Under the pieces are notes generated by a model, which was given only the letters and a program-made list of their open reading frames with translations, did not search any database and had not been told where the DNA came from. Below are positions 32,626-41,852 of a DNA stretch of 64,000 nucleotides, piece by piece. The translations under genes were made by a program, and so were the position numbers. The stretch is taken from positions 256,001 through 320,000 of the forward strand of contig CAVRAG010000008.1 in the NCBI GenBank assembly GCA_963718895.1, in the 5' to 3' direction. Origin of the DNA: an uncultured Nitrososphaerota archaeon (GTDB lineage: Archaea > Thermoproteota > Nitrososphaeria > Nitrososphaerales > Gagatemarchaeaceae). Each line of letters starts with the position of its first letter. Position 1 is the stretch's first letter.

Positions 32626-34494
32626 TCAGGTCGGACCGGTCTTTCCGTCGAGCGTTGCGGTGAGGAGTCCGGGGGACGCCAGGTACTTCTGCATGCCCTC
32701 GGATGCGATCTGGACCTGGGGACCTGCGATGTGGGTTCCGGATGGGACGGTGTCTCCGGTCGTGTTGTTGACCTCGCCGGCCGCGAAGAGGTTCGGCGCC
32801 ATCCAGGCCTGCTGCCACCCGTTGAATACCGAGGAAGACGCGCTGGAACCCACCCTGTTCCCTCCTCTCCAGTGGTGCCCCCACCAGTCGGTGTGGGCCG
32901 AGAAGGGCGGGACCACGGTCCCTCCGTTGCTGATGCCGGTCGCCCCCATCTTGTTCAGGAACGCGATGAACGGTGCGTTGCCGGGGCTCGAGGCGAAGTA
33001 TGACGCGCCGAGGTAGCCGTTGGGCGTCCAGTCGTGGGTGATCCTCGCGCACGGGTCTCCCCATGCGTCGACGTAGTGAGGGTCGAGGTCCCAGTAGCTC
33101 GTGGTGTTGGGAAGGTCCGGCGCCACGCCTCCGAAGCCGACGCGCCCGGCCGAGCCGCCTGTGTTGTACTTGTTCTTCTGGGCCGCCTTGAACGTGCTCC
33201 CCTGGCTGCCCGCGCTGACACCGCCGGCTGTGTTCAGGTTTCCGGGTCCACCCCCTCCGTAGCCGCCCGCGCTCTGCTGAGCTCCGCCGATGAAGTTCAG
33301 CCCCGTGTGGTCGAAGTTGTCGTCCATGAAGTCGTAGATGAAGGTGTCCCCGCCCGCCGCGTTGCCGGCCGGGAACGAGTTGAGGCCCATCCCGGCGACC
33401 GAGCCGGACGGACCGCCCGTCGAACTGTATGTCCCGTAACCATAGGTGAGGCCTCTGCCGACCGATCCGGTAACAGCGGTGGGGTCGTAGGGAGCGCCGA
33501 CGCCCGAGATGAGCATCGACCTCGTCTGGTTGTAGCCCCACATGCCGTTGAAGAAGACGGTCCCCGGTTGGACGTGGATGTTGCCCTGGGCGTCATAGTA
33601 CCTGATATCCGCGATGGTACCGTCGGATTTGGTGTCCATCCTGAAGACCTCGCTGTTCAGGACCATCGTGAACTTCCCGGTCTTGATGGCAGCGGGGATG
33701 GACCTGAACGCCGAGTTGGCCTTGGCGCCGGTCTCGCACGGGTAGTTGCAGCTCGAGCCGCACCATCCGTCGTAGACGCACCCGTTAATCTGCACCCCGT
33801 AGGTGTTCATGTACGGCACGGAGGCGAGCGAGCTCACGTGCGGGCACGCGTAGTATCCTAGCGACTCGGCGGTGTCATGGAAGAGCTGACCGAGCGGCGT
33901 GAGCGGGTGGCCGGGCATCGGATAGTTCTTGCTCATTGGCATGGGCGAGCCGTTGACGTTGCCGTTGCCGTCTCCGCAGACGCCAAAAGCCTGCTCCCAG
34001 GCTACGTAGTAGGGCTCGTACTGCGCGTAGGTGAAGGGCCAGTCCTGGGTATCGTCGTTGGGGTTGATGGAAGCGAGGTGACCCGCGCCGTACCTGCTCG
34101 CCGTCGAGGAAGCCATGGTGAAGCCCCATGGGCCTGCCCTACCCATGTTCCCGCCGTAGTGCTGGGCCACTCCACCGACTCCCAAGCCGAGCGAGTGATA
34201 CTGGATCGGGAAGGTGGGCCTCCTTGCTGGGAGCGCGAACTGGTTGACATTGTTCCTGATCGTTGTTGTCTGGAGCGAAGCCGGGAAGTCGAACTTCCTC
34301 TCGAAGCCTATGCCCCACTCGTCGTACTTGTTGGACGCGAAGTCCACTGCGTAGTTCCAGTATGGGCCTCTGGTTACTCCTACCACGTTGTAGCCGGCCA
34401 GGGAGAGCTCGGCCGCGATGGTGCCGCTCATCACTCCGAGTCCCATTAGGACTACGTCTGCGGGCTTTTCCTGAATTACGGTTGACATCTCCAT
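32626..34494 (-). CDS. GMC oxidoreductase large subunit, gluconate 2-dehydrogenase flavoprotein-like (copy 1)
   Basis: DVVLMGLG, GVGGVAQHYGG, QDWPFTY, Cys cluster CVYDGWCGSSCNYPC, DLDPHYVDAWG, NLFAAG. No signal peptide. Confidence 0.85.
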   Translation of the reverse strand: MEMSTVIQEKPADVVLMGLGVMSGTIAAELSLAGYNVVGVTRGPYWNYAVDFASNKYDEWGIGFERKFDFPASLQTTTIRNNVNQFALPARRPTFPIQYHSLGLGVGGVAQHYGGNMGRAGPWGFTMASSTASRYGAGHLASINPNDDTQDWPFTYAQYEPYYVAWEQAFGVCGDGNGNVNGSPMPMSKNYPMPGHPLTPLGQLFHDTAESLGYYACPHVSSLASVPYMNTYGVQINGCVYDGWCGSSCNYPCETGAKANSAFRSIPAAIKTGKFTMVLNSEVFRMDTKSDGTIADIRYYDAQGNIHVQPGTVFFNGMWGYNQTRSMLISGVGAPYDPTAVTGSVGRGLTYGYGTYSSTGGPSGSVAGMGLNSFPAGNAAGGDTFIYDFMDDNFDHTGLNFIGGAQQSAGGYGGGGPGNLNTAGGVSAGSQGSTFKAAQKNKYNTGGSAGRVGFGGVAPDLPNTTSYWDLDPHYVDAWGDPCARITHDWTPNGYLGASYFASSPGNAPFIAFLNKMGATGISNGGTVVPPFSAHTDWWGHHWRGGNRVGSSASSSVFNGWQQAWMAPNLFAAGEVNNTTGDTVPSGTHIAGPQVQIASEGMQKYLASPGLLTATLDGKTGPT

Positions 34495-34500
34495 CAGCTC

Positions 34501-35757
34501 CTAGGGGGACCCCTTCTGGTACATCCCGAGGCTTACCGGTTTCAGGGTGATCGGCTTGGTCGAGACCATTATCTGCTTCGTGGTCATCCCCTCGCCGTAG
34601 AAGTTGCCCTGGTTCGCGCCGTTGAAGCCGGTGTAAGTCCAGCCGACCATGTTCCTGTTTCCGCCGTAGACCGGGTCCATGGCAAAGCCTGCCCACGTCA
34701 TGAAGAAGAGCTCGTATGCGAAGTCTGAGGGGAGGATGTTGCTGAACTGTGCGGCGGTCGGCTTGTTGCTCCACAGGTCGGTGAGGCACGCAGTTTGGTT
34801 CGCGGCCGAGAGTTTCTCGAAGTTTCCACCGTAGGCTGCGTTGGCGTAGGTCTGGATTCCTGCCAAGCTTAACCTCCAGAACTCCCTCTTGTTCCAAGTG
34901 TACTGGTACCGCGTTCCTGCTCCGACCCTAACGTTAGCGGTAGGTTGGTACTTGACCGTGTAGGTTGTGGTGCCTACGTTGTAGTTGACGGTTGCGCCGT
35001 TGTAGGTGACACCGTCGACTGTTATCGGTGTCGCGACGTTCGCGGCGATGTAGGGAGCGCCCACGTAGTTGTTACCGTCGTTCCCGTACATCCCCTTCAG
35101 CTGATGGTCTATGAAGTAGGCACATCCGGCCTCGGCCGCCCCGGGTCCACTGCTGTCCGTCGGGATGATCGCTGAGACAATCGCCTGAAGCTCGACCTGC
35201 TCGTTGGTGTTCAAGACGAGGAATACAGAGTCAGAGTCGACGCTGGTCTGGAGCGTCCCAACCTGAGATGTCAGTGCCGACACCTGCGAGTTCGCGCTTG
35301 TCACCGCCGAGTTCAACGATGTCACTTGGCCGTTGAGGGAGGTAATCTGGCCGTTGGCACTCGTGAGCGCCTGCTGGGTCGCAGTGAGCTGCGAGTTGGC
35401 GCTGCTTAGCTGCGAGGTCACTCCGGTCAGCTGCGAGTTGGCGCTGCTCAGCTGGGCCTGGGTCGACGTCAGCTGGTTGTTCAGCGAGGAGACCTGCCCC
35501 TGCGCTGAGCTGAGCTGAGATGCCGTGGAGTTGAGCTGGTTCTGCGTCGAACTGAGCGCCTCCTGGGTGGAGGAGAGCTGGTTCTGCAGAGATGCTACGG
35601 TGCTGCTCGAGTTGCTATTATTCGAACCTACCAGGCCGTTGTAGTATGCGACACTTGCAACGCCTGCCACTGCTGCGCCAGCGACAACGCCGGCGCCGAT
35701 CTTAAGGAAGGTCCTGCGGTCGCCCTCCTTACTGATTGGCTTCCCACTGTCAGCCAT
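34501..35757 (-). CDS. Gluconate 2-dehydrogenase subunit-3-like protein with Tat signal and coiled-coil stalk (copy 1)
   Basis: DRRTFLK plus hydrophobic helix, 17 heptads, then IIPTD..GPGA, YFIDHQL, DPVYGGNRNMVGW...GF. ATG 35757 matches the paralog; TATA box TTTATAAA at 35783-35790. Confidence 0.85.
   Translation of the reverse strand: MADSGKPISKEGDRRTFLKIGAGVVAGAAVAGVASVAYYNGLVGSNNSNSSSTVASLQNQLSSTQEALSSTQNQLNSTASQLSSAQGQVSSLNNQLTSTQAQLSSANSQLTGVTSQLSSANSQLTATQQALTSANGQITSLNGQVTSLNSAVTSANSQVSALTSQVGTLQTSVDSDSVFLVLNTNEQVELQAIVSAIIPTDSSGPGAAEAGCAYFIDHQLKGMYGNDGNNYVGAPYIAANVATPITVDGVTYNGATVNYNVGTTTYTVKYQPTANVRVGAGTRYQYTWNKREFWRLSLAGIQTYANAAYGGNFEKLSAANQTACLTDLWSNKPTAAQFSNILPSDFAYELFFMTWAGFAMDPVYGGNRNMVGWTYTGFNGANQGNFYGEGMTTKQIMVSTKPITLKPVSLGMYQKGSP
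35242..35598 (-). repeat. Heptad (21-nt) coding repeat, 17 units
   Basis: VASLQNQ LSSTQEA ... VGTLQTS. Confidence 0.85.
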
Positions 35758-35794
35758 CCGGCCTCGTGGTTCAGTTGTCATCTTTATAAATTAT

Positions 35795-35809
35795 GTGATA
35801 ATAAATCAC
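35795..35809. promoter_or_regulatory. Palindromic operator candidate next to the TATA box
   Basis: GTGAT-AATAA-ATCAC directly upstream of TTTATAAA. Confidence 0.45.
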
Positions 35810-36014
35810 TGCTTCTTGGAGAATTCCCCGTTTTTGGTCTGGATTTTCATGCTCTAATCCCACCCGCGATAGATTGTACCCGAGATCAGGACCAGATTCC
35901 TCCGTCTCCGAGCGGTCGGTGCCACGGGAACCCTGCAGGTCCATCTAAGGGAGGGATGACCAAGAGCTCGCATGAGCACAACTATAACTACAACTCGTCT
36001 GAGCCGAGGATTGT

Positions 36015-36362
36015 ATGCCGGACCTCTGGATGGGACCGAACTTATTCAGGTTCGAGCAGGTCGTGATAGAGCGCTTGATCAGCCCGGGGGAACCTGGGAA
36101 CTATGTTCTTGGATTCAAGGACGAGTCAGGCGAGTTCCTCCCCAGATTCATCGGGAGGTCTGACTCTGACCTAAGGGCGGAGATGACCGCCAGGCTCTCG
36201 ACCATGAACTACCCCTACTTCAAGTTCAGTTTGGCCAACCCGAAGTTAGCCTTCGAGACAGAGTGCGCCCAGTTTCACAACTTCCGCGGGCAGCTGGACA
36301 ACAAGACCCATCCGTCGAGGCCTGTCGGATCAGAACTCAAATGCTTCCTCTGCGGCCTCTGA
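36015..36362 (+). CDS. Small GIY-YIG-like hypothetical protein
   Basis: PGNYVLG...FIGRS pattern; C-terminal H...CFLC. Confidence 0.5.
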   Translation: MPDLWMGPNLFRFEQVVIERLISPGEPGNYVLGFKDESGEFLPRFIGRSDSDLRAEMTARLSTMNYPYFKFSLANPKLAFETECAQFHNFRGQLDNKTHPSRPVGSELKCFLCGL

Positions 36363-36374
36363 GCGCCGATCGGC

Positions 36375-36977
36375 TCAGTGGTCGTGGTGCTTCTGCAGGA
36401 CAGCGTCTGATACGAGTTTGACTCGGTCGAGCCAGCCCAAGCCTAGGTATAACTCGCTCTTCAGCGACAGAGGAACGAGCGGGAGCTTCCCGCCAGGGAT
36501 GTAGGTGTAGTCGGCGGTGTAGTCCAAGGGGTCACCCCACTCCCACTCGCCAACCTTGATCTGCTCGTCACCGTGTATCTCCACCTTGTACCCGTCGATG
36601 GTGAGTTCGGCGTAGTAGCTCTTTGTGTAGACCGGGAGCATCTTTCCATCTATGTCAGCCTCTTTCGTGAGCTTCCACTCGACCACCGCCGGCGCAAGCG
36701 TCAGATACTGGGCCAGCACCTTGCAGATCTCCTCGCAACCCTCTTTTGTTGTTAGTATCTCCAAGAAGTCGGGATTGACGTTCACGCCCATCATTACCTC
36801 GCCCGAATCACCGCCCACTGCCCACTTGGCCTTGACGTTGTTCCTAAGCCTCTCGAGAACCTTGGTCGCTGTCTTTAGGAGCGGTGCGGGCACTATCACT
36901 ACCTCATCCGGTTTGGGGACCCTGCTGTTGATTACGTCGATCTCTGGGGCCGGATTCTTTCTGGGCGCGTTGAGCAA
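36375..36977 (-). CDS. Degenerate nucleotidyltransferase-fold protein
   Basis: WAVGGDSG...GVNVNPDFLEILT resembles GGS...P-x-D-I-D-I of the Pol-beta NTase family. Confidence 0.5.
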   Translation of the reverse strand: MLNAPRKNPAPEIDVINSRVPKPDEVVIVPAPLLKTATKVLERLRNNVKAKWAVGGDSGEVMMGVNVNPDFLEILTTKEGCEEICKVLAQYLTLAPAVVEWKLTKEADIDGKMLPVYTKSYYAELTIDGYKVEIHGDEQIKVGEWEWGDPLDYTADYTYIPGGKLPLVPLSLKSELYLGLGWLDRVKLVSDAVLQKHHDH

Positions 36978-37115
36978 TTCTATCTATCGCTGGGTCCTTC
37001 GTCGGGGGGAGATATTAGCTCTTCTGGGGGACCATCGTGGAGCATCGTCCCTCTCTCCGGTCGGAGGAAAGGGTAGACTGTCGCCGTCGGCTTGTCACAG
37101 AACCGCCCTCGTGCT

Positions 37116-37286
37116 TCACTCGTTCTGATAACAATCGTGCGCCCACGTGCCGATATGAACCACGCAGAAGTCCTTCAGACACACAGTGCACTGGAAGACT
37201 TGTTTTGCGGGTTTCTCGGGGCCACAGAGATCGCAGATGAAAGATGGCTGCGTCTCCCCTGTTACTTCCGCCTCTTTCCCGGTCAT
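37116..37286 (-). CDS. Stand-alone AN1-type zinc finger (copy 1)
   Basis: C-x2-C-x11-C-x2-C-x4-C-x2-H-x5-H-x-C. Confidence 0.7.
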   Translation of the reverse strand: MTGKEAEVTGETQPSFICDLCGPEKPAKQVFQCTVCLKDFCVVHIGTWAHDCYQNE

Positions 37287-37534
37287 AGTATTGGGCAGAC
37301 TCGGTCTCTTAGAAAAAATTATCGGTCTTTCGACCAATCGCCGCGATGGGGCTTCAAGTCGACAGATGGGTTACCGCGCGGTCGGATATCCGGTGAAAGC
37401 ATCCTAGTTTAGGCAGGACGCCCGGCAAACAGATTTCCCACATTGCTGGAGGCGCTAGTCGAGACGCGAACACTCTTGCGTCGCCCGATGATCGAGTAGA
37501 ACTGGTTTGAAGCCGGGTTAACACGACCAGAATT

Positions 37535-37792
37535 TCATCCGGATACGCCAATTGACTGGGGCTTACCCAGGGCGCCGAAGCAGTAGTGCGCCATTGGGGC
37601 AAGATGTCTGACGCAGTAATTCAGCGTGCAAAGGGTGCACTGGAATACTTCCTCAACTGGCTTCTCTGGCCCACAGCACTCGCAGACGAAGGTTTGACGC
37701 CCCTTCGCAGGAGCGTTAGCGGGACCCGAGGTTTCGGAGGCGTCACGGTCTCCGGCCTTGGCTCCAACCGGGTCTGCTTGTTTCTCAGACAT
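37535..37792 (-). CDS. Stand-alone AN1-type zinc finger (copy 2)
   Basis: FVCECCGPEKPVEEVFQCTLCTLNYCVRHLAPMAHYC, paralog of 37116..37286. Confidence 0.7.
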   Translation of the reverse strand: MSEKQADPVGAKAGDRDASETSGPANAPAKGRQTFVCECCGPEKPVEEVFQCTLCTLNYCVRHLAPMAHYCFGALGKPQSIGVSG

Positions 37793-38154
37793 GACCAAAC
37801 GTCGAGTCACCGCACTAAATAAATCATGAGCCGTGGTTTCGAATTCGGGCCAGTGGCTCCGCGATCCTCACTCCGTCATCTAGGCTCCGGCGATTCTGAT
37901 GGCGGGGTCGCGGCGGACGGCGGCGGTACTCCGTTATTTCCAAGAGACCCGTTTAGGCTGTTGCAATTCATGCCTGCAGGGGTGGGATAACGGCGGAACC
38001 GTGAGCGCTCTCGGACTGCAGATCCTCGCCCAGGCGATGCGAGCTGAGAGTTGAGGTTCACCATTCAGAAACTGGCTCAGCAGCCAACTGCGAAGGCTTC
38101 ATCGAGACTCAGAGAACAACCAAGCGGACGGATCACTGGAGCTAAGAATCTTAG

Positions 38155-38190
38155 AAAATGAGGAAGAAAAGGTGCCTCGTTCAGGCACCT
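38155..38190 (-). terminator. Hairpin plus pyrimidine tract after GMC operon 2
   Basis: AGGTGCCT-N5-AGGCACCT (38170-38190) followed on the minus strand by TTTCTTCCTCATTTT. Confidence 0.55.
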
Positions 38191-38213
38191 CTCCTTTGTC
38201 GTCGCCTACTCGA

Positions 38214-40076
38214 CTATGCGAGTAGGCCGGGACTCTTCAAGTACATCTGTATGCCTTCGGACGCCACTTCGGACTGCATCCCTGCCTGGTGCGTCCCAGA
38301 TGGGACTGTGTCGCCCGTTGTGTTGTTGCATTCGCCCGCGGCGAACAGGTTCGGCGCCGTCCAAGACTGCTGCCATTTGTTGAATGTGGACGAGCTTGCA
38401 GACGAGCCCACCCTGTTACCTCCTCTGATGTGGTGTCCCCACCAGTCGTTGTGCGCTGAGTAGGGCGCTACGGCTGTGGTTCCTCCTGTGGAGATGCTCT
38501 GTGCGCCTAGCTTGTTCAGGATGGCAAGGAACGCAACGTTCCCGGCTGAGGATGCGAAGTAGGTGGCCGCCTGATAGGGGTTCGGAGTCCATTCGTGCGT
38601 TATTCTTGGTAGTGGGTCTCCCCAGAGGTCGCTGTAGTGCGGGTCGAGGTCCCACATGTTCATCGTGTTGGGAAGGTCTGGAGCCATTCCTCCGAAGCCC
38701 ACGCGGGCCGCGGTGCCGCCCGAAGTGTACCTGTTCTGAAGGGTCTTCTTGTATGCGCTGCCTTGGCTGCCAGAGCTCGCACCGCCGGCGGTGGACACGT
38801 TTGTCGGACCGCTCCCTGAGTAGCCTCCTGCTGACTGCTCGGAGCCTCCGATGAAGCTCAGCCCGGTGTGGTCGAAGCCGTCGTCCATGAACTCGTAGAG
38901 GGTGTAACCTCCGCCCCCGTTTCCTGCGATGGAGTTGAGGCCTAGCCCTGGGATTGAGCCGCTCGGGCCCGCGGTACCGGTGAACGGAAGGTAGCCGTTG
39001 GTGTAACCCCTTCCTACTGTCCCCGTGACCGTGGTGGAGTTATACGGGACGCCTACTCCTGAGTTCAGCATTGCTCTGACTTGGTTCCCGCCGTGAAGGC
39101 CGTTGAAGAAGGCGGTGCCTGGTTGGATGTGGACGTTTCCTGACGCGTCGTAGTAGCGGATCTGTGTGATCTTCCCTGTGCTGTCCGTGTCCATCCTGAA
39201 GACCTGGCTGTTCAGGGACAGGGTGAATTTACCGGTCTTGACCGCCGCTGGGACGCTTCTGAAGGCCGAGTTGCCCTTGGCACCGGTCTCGCAGACGAAG
39301 TTGCATCCTCCGCCTGTGCACCATCCTTCGTAGACGCAGCCGTTGATCTGGACGCCGTACGGGTTTACGTAGGGTTCAGACGCTAGCGAGCTCGTCGACG
39401 GGAATGGGTTGTAGCCCATCGCCTCAGTGGTGTCATGGAACAGCTTTCCGAGGGGCGTGTCTGGGTGGCCGGGAAGAGGATAGTTCTTGCTCATTGCGAT
39501 CGGGGTGCCGCCGGCGGCGCTCCCGATTGAACCTCCGCTCCCCGTGCTTCCGGCTCCATTGCCGCTCAGCCCGAAGTTCTGCTCCCACGCCGTGTAGTAT
39601 GGCTCGTACTCGGCGTAGGTCATCGGCCAGTCCTGGGTATCGTCGAACGGGTTGATTGACGCGAGGAAACCGGCTCCATATCTGTTCGCCGTGGATGAGG
39701 CCATTGAGAAGCCCCACGGACTGTTTCGGCCCATTGCGCCGCCGTAGTGATGCGCCGCTCCGCCTACCCCCAATCCGAAGTTGTGATATTGGATCGGGAA
39801 CGTCGCACGCCTGACCGGGAGAGCGAACTGGGTGTTGTTGTTGCGAATCGTCTGGGCTCCCCAGGAGTATGGGACGTCGAACTTCCTTTCCCACTGGATG
39901 CCCCATTCGTCGTACTTGGTGGTCGCGAAGTCCGTGGTGTAGTTCCAGTATGGACCCCTCGTGACCCCCGCGACCTTGTACCCTGCAAGGGTAAGCTCGG
40001 CCGCGATTGTCCCGCTCACTACCCCGACGCCCATCAGGACGACGTCGGCCGTTGGTTCCGTTATTACAGTGGACAT
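38214..40076 (-). CDS. GMC oxidoreductase large subunit (copy 2)
   Basis: Full-length paralog of 32626..34494; CVYEGWCTGGGCNFVC, WWGHHIRGG. Confidence 0.85.
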   Translation of the reverse strand: MSTVITEPTADVVLMGVGVVSGTIAAELTLAGYKVAGVTRGPYWNYTTDFATTKYDEWGIQWERKFDVPYSWGAQTIRNNNTQFALPVRRATFPIQYHNFGLGVGGAAHHYGGAMGRNSPWGFSMASSTANRYGAGFLASINPFDDTQDWPMTYAEYEPYYTAWEQNFGLSGNGAGSTGSGGSIGSAAGGTPIAMSKNYPLPGHPDTPLGKLFHDTTEAMGYNPFPSTSSLASEPYVNPYGVQINGCVYEGWCTGGGCNFVCETGAKGNSAFRSVPAAVKTGKFTLSLNSQVFRMDTDSTGKITQIRYYDASGNVHIQPGTAFFNGLHGGNQVRAMLNSGVGVPYNSTTVTGTVGRGYTNGYLPFTGTAGPSGSIPGLGLNSIAGNGGGGYTLYEFMDDGFDHTGLSFIGGSEQSAGGYSGSGPTNVSTAGGASSGSQGSAYKKTLQNRYTSGGTAARVGFGGMAPDLPNTMNMWDLDPHYSDLWGDPLPRITHEWTPNPYQAATYFASSAGNVAFLAILNKLGAQSISTGGTTAVAPYSAHNDWWGHHIRGGNRVGSSASSSTFNKWQQSWTAPNLFAAGECNNTTGDTVPSGTHQAGMQSEVASEGIQMYLKSPGLLA

Positions 40077-40088
40077 CTCAATCAGCTC

Positions 40089-41441
40089 CTACGGGGACCC
40101 CTTCTGGTACTGACCGAGGCTCGCTGGCTTGAGTGTGATTGGAGTAGTCGCGACCATGAGCTGCTTCGATGTGTATCCTTCGTTGTAGAAGTTGCCCAGG
40201 TTCACGCCGTGGAACCCGACGTAGGACCAGCCGACCATGCCCTTGTTGCCACCGTAGACTGGGTCGACCCAGAAGCCGTTCCACACCATGAAGAACAGCT
40301 CGTATGCGAAGTCGGATGGAAGTACGGCTCCGAACTGCGTTCCTCCCGGAACCCCTGCTGCCGGAGAGTTGACGCCGTTGATTACTTCTTGGTAGCCGCC
40401 CGCAGCTCCACCTGTTATGGCACCACCGGCACCGTCGTAGGTCGGCTTGTTGTTCCATAGGTCGGTGAGACAGGCTGTCTGATTGGCAGCGGAGAGGGTC
40501 TCGAAGTTTCCGCCGTAGGCGGCGTTGGCGTACGCCTGGACTCCTGCTAAGCCTATCGTCCAGAACTGCTTCATGTCAAACGGGTACTGATAGCGGCTGC
40601 CTGCGCCGACCCTGACGTTGGCGGTCGGGGGGTACTTCACCGTGTATGTGTTGGTTCCGTTCTTGTAAGTGACGGATCCTCCAGGGTAAGTGATTCCATC
40701 CACGGTTATTGAGGTCGCCACGTTCGAGGGGATGAATGGTGCACTTCTGTAGACGAGCCCGCTCGTCCCATATGTGTTCTTGAGCTGGCGGTCGATGAAG
40801 TAGATTGCGCCCGCCTCCTTGGCGCCGGGTCCGGTGCTGTCAGACGGGATTATCGCTTCACAGATTGCCTCCAGTTCCACCTGCTCCGTTGAACTTAACG
40901 AGAGAAACGCGCTGTTCTCGTCGAGACCGGCTTGGAGGGCCGAAACTTGGCTGGTCGCGCTTGTCACAGCCGAGTTCAGCGATGTGACTTGGGTGTTTAG
41001 GGAGGTGATCTGCCCGTTCGCGCTCGAAAGCGCCTGCTGGGTCGCCGTTAGCTGAGAGTTCGCGCTCGTTAGCTGAGAGTTCGCGCTGCTTAGCTGTGAG
41101 GTCACTCCGGTCAGCTGCGAGTTGGCGCTGCTGAGCTGGGCCTGGGTCGAGGTCAGCTGGTTGTTCAGCGAGGAGACCTGCCCCTGCGCTGCGCTGAGCT
41201 GAGATGCGGTCGAGTTGAGCTGGTTCTGCGTAGAACTGAGCTGCTCCTGCGTGGAGGAGAGCTGGTTCTGCAGAGAGGCCACCGCGCTGCTCGAACTACT
41301 ACTGTTCGAGCCTATCGCGCCGTTGTAGTATGCCACTGCTGCAACACCCGCTACGGCGGCACCTGCGACAACGCCGGCGCCGATTTTGAGGAAGGTTCTT
41401 CGATCGCCTTCCTTGGTCATTGGCTTGCCACTGTCAGCCAT
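40089..41441 (-). CDS. Gluconate 2-dehydrogenase subunit-3-like protein with Tat signal and coiled-coil stalk (copy 2)
   Basis: DRRTFLK, 17 heptads, IIPSD..GPGAKEAG, FIDRQL, DPVYGGNKGMVGW. Confidence 0.85.
   Translation of the reverse strand: MADSGKPMTKEGDRRTFLKIGAGVVAGAAVAGVAAVAYYNGAIGSNSSSSSSAVASLQNQLSSTQEQLSSTQNQLNSTASQLSAAQGQVSSLNNQLTSTQAQLSSANSQLTGVTSQLSSANSQLTSANSQLTATQQALSSANGQITSLNTQVTSLNSAVTSATSQVSALQAGLDENSAFLSLSSTEQVELEAICEAIIPSDSTGPGAKEAGAIYFIDRQLKNTYGTSGLVYRSAPFIPSNVATSITVDGITYPGGSVTYKNGTNTYTVKYPPTANVRVGAGSRYQYPFDMKQFWTIGLAGVQAYANAAYGGNFETLSAANQTACLTDLWNNKPTYDGAGGAITGGAAGGYQEVINGVNSPAAGVPGGTQFGAVLPSDFAYELFFMVWNGFWVDPVYGGNKGMVGWSYVGFHGVNLGNFYNEGYTSKQLMVATTPITLKPASLGQYQKGSP
40926..41282 (-). 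repeat. Heptad (21-nt) coding repeat, 17 units
   Basis: VASLQNQ ... VSALQAG, including a tandem duplicated (L)xSANSQ unit. Confidence 0.85.
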
Positions 41442-41451
41442 TGCGTAAACG

Positions 41452-41495
41452 TATGTTATATTCCCATATTTAGGCCTTTACATATGTTATATTCC
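41452..41495. promoter_or_regulatory. 13-bp direct repeat flanking the TATA box
   Basis: TATGTTATATTCC at 41452-41464 and 41483-41495 (31-bp period). Confidence 0.5.
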
Positions 41496-41852
41496 TGCAA
41501 GTGGTCACAAATCTACTCGAAATCCGCAGGGCTTTCCCAAGCCGGCGCTCTTCCTGCTGGACGATCCTACCGGGAGAAGAACACTTTGGGACCAATTGCA
41601 GCGAAGTGCAATCAATCCAGACAGAACGTCCACAACTGATTGCATTCTATTGTGCACGGCTCATGGACCGAGGGTTCTGGATTCACGATCAAGTCTCAAA
41701 GCCGTCGCAACTCCCGCGAGTGAAGTGCCTTCACTGGGTTCGTCTGTCAGAGCAGACTGAATCTCCTGACTTGATCGCTGAACGACGCCATCGAGAGACT
41801 AATCGCGGGCGCGGGTGGCGCGGGCTCGACGCGAGAGGAAGAGGTTCTGGGT

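Noticed and set aside
35242-41282. 21-nt periodic repeats as a CRISPR array
   Set aside because: They are in-frame coding heptads without unique spacers, and no cas genes are present.
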